A stretch of 64,000 bases of DNA, from the NCBI GenBank assembly GCA_951406725.2, contig OX597814.1, forward strand, positions 60,078,001 through 60,142,000, written 5' to 3'. The notes below the pieces were generated by a model. That model worked only from the letters and a program-made list of their open reading frames with translations. It searched no databases and was not told the DNA's origin. Shown here one piece after another: positions 52,653 through 64,000 of the stretch (position 1 is the first letter of the stretch; the number at the start of each line of letters is the position of its first letter). The translations under genes and the position numbers were made by a program. The DNA comes from Octopus vulgaris. Its lineage: Eukaryota.

Positions 52653-55449
52653 AAGGATACTAGCATATTCTATGTAACCGGTTGTTGCCGTTTTAATCAA
52701 AGTCTACTGTAACCAAGCAAGTTTATGATCAGAGATGTACCAGGCATCAACTTAAAAGTATAATATATCTTGCACTGAATTATTTAATGTTACTTTTCTC
52801 ATTAAAGGTGGTGGAGCGTAATTTGTTTTAAATACGACAGCTATTTCTAGCACTTCACTTATTCACTTGAGAATTTCTTGGTCTTATATGATAAATTATT
52901 AATATGATCATATGCTTGACAGCCATTACTAACTTATACACGCGTACATTATCCAATGTGACCTTACCTAGTTTTATGATGGTAAGTGTGATTTGATGAG
53001 GATTAGGCTACTATTTGTACCATGTCTGCCATGATTCTCTCTCCTACTCATTTGCCCACGTTCTTTAATGTATGGTGTTACCCCACTCAACCTGACAGCT
53101 GAAAACGTTATTTGCTGAAATATATTACCTAAAACAAATCTGAAAGATAAATAGACTCTACTGAACAATAAATTCTATGTATTGATTATATATGCCAAAA
53201 ATAACGAATTGTTCTAAGAATGGAACATTTTACCAGTTCTTTCCTGAAAATTCGTCGCTATAGAATCTTATGTGGAAATAAATTTGTGGTAGTAAAATAT
53301 TTGAGGCGTAATATAACACGATTTGCTGTTGGAAACAATTCAAAATGAGGGAGAAAACAAACTGTATTTTATGATTCAAATTATGTTTCGAAGTAATTAG
53401 ACAATTACAATTTTGTCAATAAATAAAAATCAAAAAGTAACAGTACAAAGTCTTTAATAAAATATAAAATAACTTTCTTATCTTCATAAATTTTGTAATT
53501 TATATAAACTATTTTGTTTTACGAGCTAACAGAAGAGCATTTGTGTACTTGTGCTGTATGTTAGAAATATATGTTATATATCGCTCAAATCATATACCAC
53601 AGTCTTTAAAAAAGAAACGAAACATTAGGTAATGCATGAAAAGATAAACAATATATGAGTGGATAGTCAAGGAGTTGGGTACATATAGTCTGCAATTAAC
53701 TCAAAGAGAACTGGCCTGACCTTAAATGACAAAAGTATTTTCAAAACAAAATCATTTATAATCCTAATCCCCATTTTCCCTGTTCCTTAAGATATTTTTG
53801 TTGCTTTCCTTTTCTCAATATCGCAATAGTTCGCGCCATTTTACATCTCTGTCTACCTTTTCTTTCCCTCCAACCCTCTCTATGTCCACCTCTTTTCTCT
53901 TCTTCCCAGTTTGCTTCGCTTCCTTTACATTTATAACGTTATATTGTCACAAATTTTAAATTTTCTCATATTTCAGGACCTATGTACAATCCATTATACA
54001 ATGTGTGTGGATGAGGAGGGCTGTGTGTGTGTATTAACTCAAAAACTGGAGTTTATGGTAATATATTTAAATCTAGTTCCAATCGTTTTCATACAATATG
54101 AGGAATAAATTTCTGTAACTTCTTCAGTGGTTCTCTGAAAGCCACGGAAGAGGCCACAGAATGTGTGACGAAAGAACTTTGACAAATGTATAAACTAAAA
54201 ATAATACGAATAAGAACAAAACTGAAGATCAGATAAATAGCGCATGTGTTTAACTGGTGAAACATGGCCATCTCCAAATATAACAATATATGTTACAACA
54301 CCTGTTTTCACATCTAGACTCTTGCAAAGCAAATGCAAGAACTTATTAACATAGTTAATTCACAATACTATAATAATAATAATAATAATAATAACATACA
54401 TTTTCGATGTAAACTATGTGTATTTTTTCAGATTAAGTCTCAAAATTAAACCACTTAATACTTGGAATATAATAGTATTTATAGCTTTTACAATTCAGCA
54501 GGGGTAGAGGAACAGAGAAAAAGATGTAGGTAGGCTCATTTTTGATAAACACAATGTCTCGGTTGATTATATTATTATTATTACTAAGTATGTTTTTGAG
54601 AGAGATTGAAATTTGTTCAGCACCTCGCATTCTCTATTATGAATGTTTTACCTGTGTTGCACAGCAAGCAGATTTAAATTTCTCGGAGACTATCTTCTAC
54701 TTGGATATCTAAATCGATAAAATTGTACACAAATAACCAAGGATTGGGAGATCCATAAATTCGGTGCACTATTTTTATGGTAATAATTCTCAATACGCCT
54801 AGCCTGTCTTATCTAAATTACAGTACGTTCATAAAGTTAAGAGCACATCACTTCTTTAAAGGAATCATTGCTATAGAATTAATAAATACTTCAAATGATT
54901 GCATTGCTTGAGTCAATTCTACCTGCGAGTAAGACCTAATGGCTTATTCACTCGACTTTACTGTGTTACTTGATCCTTTTGTTTAAGTTGCACTACCATA
55001 AGACAGATAAGCTAGTCGTGTTCCTTCGCATCACTAATATTTCTGGACATCACCATACATTTGTGTTAAGGCTCCACCCTTGAACTCGAAGTTATTGCTG
55101 ATATGAGTGGATTCCCTGCATGTGTACGGTTTTTAAGTAAAATTTTTAAACCAGCTCTCATATATATTTCATTGTCAGATCTGGGATTCAATAACAGAAC
55201 AAAACTTATGGTGCATTCTCGTCCGAGGCTGCAGGTCTCATATTGATATCGCACTTGTTCTTTTTCTTTGCAAGAAAGTCTAAGTTCTAAATAAGTGTCT
55301 GTGGTTGCTATATAAACATATTCACATCGACTGCTATATTAACTGAGATAATGAGGGATAAGACATTTTGTTCTGAAATACATTGAAAAAAACCTTCTGT
55401 GTTTGAACTCGTGTCAGGTGAGCGTTAATTAGTCTTCAAAAGCAAACAA

Positions 55450-55650
55450 GGGAGACACAGTGCGATCACTCAGTCTACTAGAAATAACTGTAAAATCTCA
55501 ATCCACACGTTAATAGCTTAATATGGATAAGGGGAAAATAAATATGATCCCTTATGCTCCTTCCTTGAAAAAACAAAGACGAGTTGATCATGGTTTGAAC
55601 GCCTTCAATTTTATGTCTGGTAATTCAGGACTGAACTGGGACATAAACAA
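55450..55650 (+). mobile_element. Old interspersed repeat (family E); similar remnants near 5190, 33850, 45600, 52670, 53560 and 58050
   Basis: Recurrent degenerate motif ctagaaata.cagc.aaa.ct..ctcaa.tcacac...gataatgtagtc...ga.ctgggac.taaacaac. Confidence 0.45.
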
Positions 55651-55759
55651 CGAAATAACTACTCTGGTTAGCACATGTTATTCAAAATATTCCAAAATAG
55701 AATATATTCATGAATTAAAGAATTACTAAAATATGTTGCAACATTTTAAGTTAAGTCTC

Positions 55760-56160
55760 AGACGTAGCTTCCCAAACACATGGTTTTGGTGTTAATTCCA
55801 CTGCCTGTCACCTTTTGTATGTGCTTTCTATAGTAGCCGACCGAGACCTTGTGAGTGGATTTGGAAGACCGAAAGTGAAAGAAGACCCTACAATATAAAA
55901 GTGTATGTGTGTATGCGTGCGTGCGTGCGTGCATGCGTGCGTGTGTGTGTGTCTAAGTGAGTTTGTGTTTAAGTGAGTTTGTGTTTGTCCCGTACTACTT
56001 CACAAACGGTTTTTATTTGTTTACGTCCCCGTAAATCAGCGGTTGGGCAAAAGAGAACGGATACTTAAAAATATTATTGCAGTCGATTCCTTTGAATTAA
56101 CCCTTCAAGATTGGTGTCCCAGTATGGCCGTCGTCCAGTGACTGAAACGCATAAAGTATA
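55760..56160 (+). mobile_element. Degenerate SINE family A
   Basis: ccttgtgagtggatttgg...gtttacgtccccgta...agtatggccg....agtgactgaaac. Confidence 0.75.
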
Positions 56161-59100
56161 AAATTTCACAAAACATTCAGTTTCTTCAAGATATAAAATA
56201 TTATTTGTGGCCTTGTTCATATTCTGTCCAAATTGAACGCTGCGCTAATTGGTGTATGCTGTTCTATATAAATCATGTATGATCTATAGACCAAGAAAAT
56301 CTCGAGGAAAATATGAATTCTATAATACATATTATATATAACCGCTTGAGATAGCAGCTGAATGAGAAACTTGTTTGTGAAAAGAGGCCAAATAAAACGT
56401 TCTATTCATGCAACACCCCTAACCAGTTGGTCATGTGCTCTCACTACGATAGTTGGTTGTAATGCTTAATTATGTTTTTCAGTCCAGTGTTATAAGGAAA
56501 CTTTCCTTGTAAGGACGCCGTATTCAGGTGTCGGGGATATATATTTGTAATGCTAACTGAATAGTATAAGAACGTAACTGTATTTTTGAAAGTAATGCGA
56601 ACCTTTGGATATACGTGTATTTATTGTAAATCCACTACACATAAGATATAATCTTTCACATGTTTTACAATGCAGGAAATAATGTGACTTCTCATCTCAT
56701 TAATCGATTAGTTCACCTGTTTATATTGAAATATATATGCAAATGCAATGTTATTAATTCTGTTTCTCAAACGTTTTCTTAGCCTCTTCCTAGATATTGG
56801 TTGCTACATTACATTTAATAAATGTCCGTCATATAATACTTTAAAAGATCTTAGTACATAATTTCACTATTATTTCATGTGCGAGAATTATCTTTATTTC
56901 CCTACCGACGGTATCCTATATACTTTTTACCATTAATATTTTCTATCTGGCATATACTATCAGCAATTTAGGTTTGGAATGTTTTCCTAGATTTTGGTGC
57001 ACATAAAGAGAATAACTGCATTCGAGATTAACATCTTCAGACCGTAAATATTTTCATGTCTGTGTTTAATGAATTTATTCACAATCTTATGACATGCAAA
57101 CCCTTTTATCTAACAATATGACGGCTGCTTAGAAATGCAGAGTGAATACTAATGTCAGGTTTACCATTCATTAACTACAATGCTTTATTGATTGTGCACG
57201 CTTTTTCGGACATCAAAGTGTTGAACAGAAATCTGACACAAATTTCGCTTTATCTTCTTACAAATATTTCAATTCGAACATCACTTAAAACGGCGTTAAT
57301 CACTCGTTAGACGGCCCTTCACTGAACTGGTAAGTGACACGATATTATTTGCATGACAGAAGACAATATACGGAGCAAGAAAGGGAATTATCAATAATAT
57401 CTGTAACTATTATGTTATGCTCTCGCATACTAAAAGTACAAAAGCACTCTCTTAATCACGTTTTCCATTTTAATTTAATACTGCTCGAAAAGACTTACAT
57501 GAAGAACAGGAGAATGGGGTGTATTACAATAATAATAATTCGGTAACTGAAATTTGTGGTCAAAGATCTTTAATCACAACAATCTTTAATTTGCCCCCGA
57601 AGAAAGGTGGTCGTATCATTCAACTGTACTTAACACTGAATATGCAGGATTCAGTCAAAATAAGGGCGCATTTAATTAATTAACGTAAATGATTAATCTC
57701 ACAATCATCATGTCTTGACACTTTATATTAGATAATATATGCGGCAATATTATATGCCGGTATTCTGTGGCCACGAATTAGTAAAAGTAATTTTTTTCGT
57801 GTTTCATGCGAACTCAGAAACCTATGAAATATCTGAAGAACTACATATAAAGTTATTATTCATAATGGCTTTGCAACTACAACATTGGCGTAGAATTGTA
57901 ACGCAAAGACTGGATTTCTCTCCAGGACCAGTCTTTCAGTTCTGACCAGCTACGTTCGCTCTTTGGATCCGAATTACGACATGCGGTTACTTTTGCCTTT
58001 ATATCTCAAATAATGTAGCTGTTCCATTCACAAACAACTCACACTTCTTTACATAGTCGCTTAGTCATCTAGAAAAAGCAGCTAAACCTGCCTCAAGCTA
58101 TACTCTGATAATGTAGTCCTACATATCCCTAAAATGGAGTATTGTCACCTCTGAAATGACTTTGCTAAGCTGAGTTGACCTGTCGCTGATCTACTGCAGC
58201 TCAAAGTTCATCGTAAAAATCACAATTCTGATTTTAGTTGCAGAAGACTACAATCATTCTTTCGTGAAACAAGTTTAACTAAGCATACATATTCTATGAG
58301 TATCTCAGTTATATTTATTAACAGATCACAAAATAATCTGGTTCGCTTCAGATACTCCGTTAATGTTCTTTTGGAAATGCTAGGATAATAACTAAAGCAT
58401 ATGGTCTTTATCTAACGTTTGAAAGAAATTAATATAACATATATTGTATTATCCAATCTCATTCATTCTAATTAATTATAAGCAATTATCTATAATTAAT
58501 TGAGTCAGAGTAGCTTACTGTTGACATACAATTTTATGGAGGATCATCAGTGACTCGAATGTCATTGATGATTCTCTCTCCGTAAGTATCTTATTGCAGA
58601 ATAAAAACCACCGACTTGATATAGTAACCCCATATCTTTATCATGTTCGTTGGAAATGCATTGTAAAGAAGATTATTACAAAATAAAATTTTAAAGAATG
58701 TGTAATTCAACAGCTTAGCGAATAGGCCTGCTTCTTCTATGCACAAAGAAAAGCAATGTGTATTAGTGTCTTTATGAACATCTCAAATTCCCTGTATTGT
58801 ATGAGAGGAATGTAAGTTTAATTGAATGGAGCTTTTTATGAAGTAGGAGCAAAATGGCTTTAACTAAAAACTTAAACTGCAACGTTATTCTCTCTATGTT
58901 TGTACTTTGTAAAGTAACATCTTTTAACCAGCTCCCACATACATCTCGTAGTCAGACCTAGCGACATGATACAATAGCAGACCAAAATATACGGTGTTAT
59001 CTCGTCCGAACTAAATGTCGAATATTGATATTGTACCTGAAAGTCGAATATTGATATTGATATTGTTCTCTTTGTTTGCTAGATAGTATAAGTACTAAAC

Positions 59101-59819
59101 AGGTGCCTGTGGCAGCTATATATACGTATTCCCATCCATTGCTGTTTGAATGATTCAACAACCTAAGGATTAGATCCTCGTCTCCAACGCACACAGAAAA
59201 AAACTATTTACATTAACTTGTTTCGGATCATTTTAAACACCCCTCTTTTTGTGAGACGAGTAAAGTGGCTTTAACCAATAAACCAAACTGCATCATGATC
59301 TCAGCCATGCATATACATCATTCTTTTCCGTATACGGCAATAACCCGGAGAAATATTTACAACTAATTCACGATTTGTAATACCTAAATTTTATGTAAAT
59401 GTAAATATTGATTTAAAATAGGAATGTTAAGTTAATAAATTTAAAGAGGTGAAACAAAATTAAGCAGACGTAGTAGCTATATCAGAATGCTAATATTAGT
59501 GAAATAATTTACTTTTTTAAAAAAATATAGTCGCAAACTCTGAAGAATAATGATCTCTTAGACAGAAATATTCAGAGTAATACGAAGTGGAGAAGCTCTT
59601 AAAAGTTCCTGACAATTATGTATAGTTTTCAAATTCAATGACAAATTATACAGGAATTTAATTTCTTAAGTATGCAAAGAAATTAATCATGAAACTAGTT
59701 GTGAATAAATAGCTTTCCAACAACTTTTGTCTTAACAGCTATAAAGAAGGTTTATGAAGCTAGACAAATATCTAAATTAAGAAACTGATATTGATATAAA
59801 CAGTTTACACTGTAATGCA

Positions 59820-61130
<1,311 letters not shown>

Positions 61131-64000
61131 TCCATCCCAGCACACTAAAATGCCCTTTATAACTTTTAACAACTGGATAGAGTTTCAGTAAGTCTTGTGG
61201 TTCAGTGATGAAGGCTCGGTTGCTACGGTAGGATTTTAAGTTCTCTACAACTGCCTATCTAGTATAATTGGTAAATATCGTGGAAAGCGTCGGCGGACAA
61301 TAGATGAAGTAGTAACAACAGTGGTTGAAACCAAATTTGAAGACAAATCTTTGCTGTTGGTAACCACGTTATCTAGCGTATCACCTGGTAAGGCTTTATT
61401 GGAAATAAGCAAAACTCTCTTCCGTTGCCTCGGAAACAAGAGCCGATGGTAGCCGAGAGGCTCAGAGGTGCCCTTTTCCAGCACAATACAATACCCTAAA
61501 AATGTTATGATTGTCTTTACCGCTTCATCTTTTGAGACGATTGAGAGGTGGCAACTGAAACTGTTAAGACAAAACTGTTGAAAAGGCGTTAAAACAAAAC
61601 AGAATCAAGTGGTCGGACGGTCTTCACTTTTTGCAGAGTACCTGAATTTAACTGTGATCTGAAAGCAAAGTACTAAAATAGTGATTCTAGTAATAAACCT
61701 AAAAGCGCTAGTTCTAATGTTGAGGATTTCCAGACAATTCTTTATGAAGAGAGTTTCGAGAAATGGTCATGGGTATGTTACCAGTAGGTCAATCATAGCC
61801 CAAAGAATATGAATTCTTTCAACACTGGATAAAGGCCGAACCTTATTTTGTAGAACTGACATGAAACAAAATTCAAAAGTAATTCATGATTTATATCTGG
61901 ATCTACCCAGACATAGAGACTAGTGGTAACTGAAAACAATGTGATTCCACAAATGCCTGAAATGAATATAGATTATTCTACAGCATAAAAACATTCAAGA
62001 GAAAGATTATCCTACAGAAAAAAAGCATTCAAAATATTTCTAGTAATATGTACGAAGACGAAGTTGGAAAATTATCAATAACCGTATGTACTTTCTAAGC
62101 ATTAATTTACGTTGTGTCTTATATGGAGTAGTGTTGGATAACTCCTGATATGTGTCACTCTACATAAACATCTAGTACATAGAAATGATCCTCTCAGCTC
62201 ACGGCTAGATTATCTTGATGAAATCAACTACCCTCTAAAATGTTACTCACCACTTGAGGCTTCTTAAGAGTCTCTAGTAGCATTCAGCTGGGAAGTAGAG
62301 AGTAGACGAGAGTTGTGACATTACGTCTTGATGCTAAATGTGGCAGCAACGAGCACAAGAAAATTTATTGATCTTAGAGGAGAGAGTAGAAATCAAGTTG
62401 TGGCTACAACCAACACGAAAAAGTTAACACCACAACAACAGAAGCATAATAAGTAATACATTGGCAAAAGCATTTGAAACAGTAATAACAGCAAAACAGA
62501 GACTAACATCTTATCTCAGTATAACAGTTCTGCAACAATTATTGCCACAAAAGAATATTTGTTGGGACAAGAAAAACCAGTAAAGATCCTTCCTAAGTTG
62601 AAAGCTGTAAGATTTGATAAAACCAATCTCATTAACAATTTTTGCATTAACCATTTCTTCCCTACTGCAACCAGCATCGAAACAGCAGCAAGAAAAAGTA
62701 TGAACAATCAAACCAACTCCAGATCCACCACAGGTAAACACAGAAACACAACGATCAGAAAAATGGGCTCAACAAAATTAAAACCAGGAACATCATTTCC
62801 ACTGATGGAAACATGCATAATATGAAGTTGATAATGTTCATTATGCCACTACAGAAACAAATCCACAAAGAGTAAAGGGCCTTGAGATTCATGTTTCTAA
62901 AAGTCAACCAAGCAGTATTGACTGCGCATGCTTCTGGATTTGTGGGGGAAACATCCCACATGCTGTGGGAGTCGTAATACAGTAGTGGATGAACGACTTG
63001 TGTATGAGCTTTTAAAGGAAACACTCCCTGATAAATAGGCTAGCTGGTTTTCCTCAACACCAAAGTAAGTGACGTCTACTTACATTCAGATAGTATTGCT
63101 GAACTGATAAATTTACATTGAGTTGGCATTACAAGCAACGTCCGGATGCAGGTGTGATAGCAATTAATGGAATACAGATTTCCGGATCGTTAGCTCTCTT
63201 CGCAAATTGGTGTCGGCCGTGAATGGGTGGTGGTACGGAAGTGTTGTTTCGTAAAATATTAGATTTCATGGTGGAGATATTATGGAGGTACTTTCGTATT
63301 GTCGTTGTAGTTTTTCTTTTTACAATAGCTCAGCCCATCGAAAGAGTCTGCATTTAAAGATATTACAGCCATGATGTTGCTGTTATCCAGCCAAAGTGTA
63401 ACTGCAACAAAATTAAGTCCACAGCGTGTACATTTTAAAAACTATCTAGCTTTGATCTCTCATATGTTTAACAATGTGTGGGGCTCTGTTTTGTTTGCTT
63501 GTGTCTATGTATGAGCGTGTATTCTGGTGTTCATTTGTGATATGAATGTTTGCGCTGTATGTATGTATGTCAGTGCACATAAGAAACAAAGACCTACAGA
63601 AAGAGATGCATACAGATATAAATATAAATATTTCCTTACACCTCTAGCATATTCGTCGCTATCGTTTATACCTGAACAAAACTATAAATATCTGTCCACT
63701 ATCATAAAATCGTTCTATCATGCAAAAGAATTCATCGCAAAACGTGCCTTATTTGCAAATTACATCACAAAATGACTTCGAGGGGTATCAGAATATTTGG
63801 TTACGTTTTCTATATAAATTGGGAATAAATATAGAGATTTTGCGTTGGTATGGCACAACTACTGAGAAACTGGGAACCAGAATATAGGTTTTAACAGCTA
63901 TAATGGCGTTTTGGGCTTATAGACATTGTATATTCAGATAGATAGTAGTTATATAAATACCTGTTATCAACAAAACTCTCTGTAGCATTATCTACTACGC

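Overview
AT-rich, microsatellite-dense eukaryotic non-coding DNA. The tRNA-derived SINE families look like those I recall from Octopus, so a coleoid cephalopod is the likely source (inference). I found no intact host gene, rRNA, true tRNA or CRISPR array, and most predicted ORFs are (TA)n/(TG)n artefacts. The window is a transposon graveyard: four tRNA-SINE families and decayed RTE, HERO-like, Penelope-like (RT thumb + GIY-YIG), Gypsy, Copia-like, Tc1/mariner, piggyBac and hAT-MITE pieces. The main hidden signal is a set of small non-coding elements, from several families with no evident sequence similarity, that carry minimal type-I hammerhead ribozyme (HHR) motifs (CUGANGA...GAAA...UH with a short, near-palindromic helix III). 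They include a three-ribozyme tandem array at 42434-43790 and a tRNA-SINE-like/HHR chimera with a 13-bp TSD at 52227-52652 (best-preserved sister HHR at 33302-33347). Further solo or foldback copies lie at 15266, 15970, 17224 and 38247. Several share an inverted tail copy at the 5' end, and most sit in or beside (TA)n tracts. This points to a Penelope-mobilised, microsatellite-associated retrozyme-like system. All coordinates were read by eye and may be off by a few bases.
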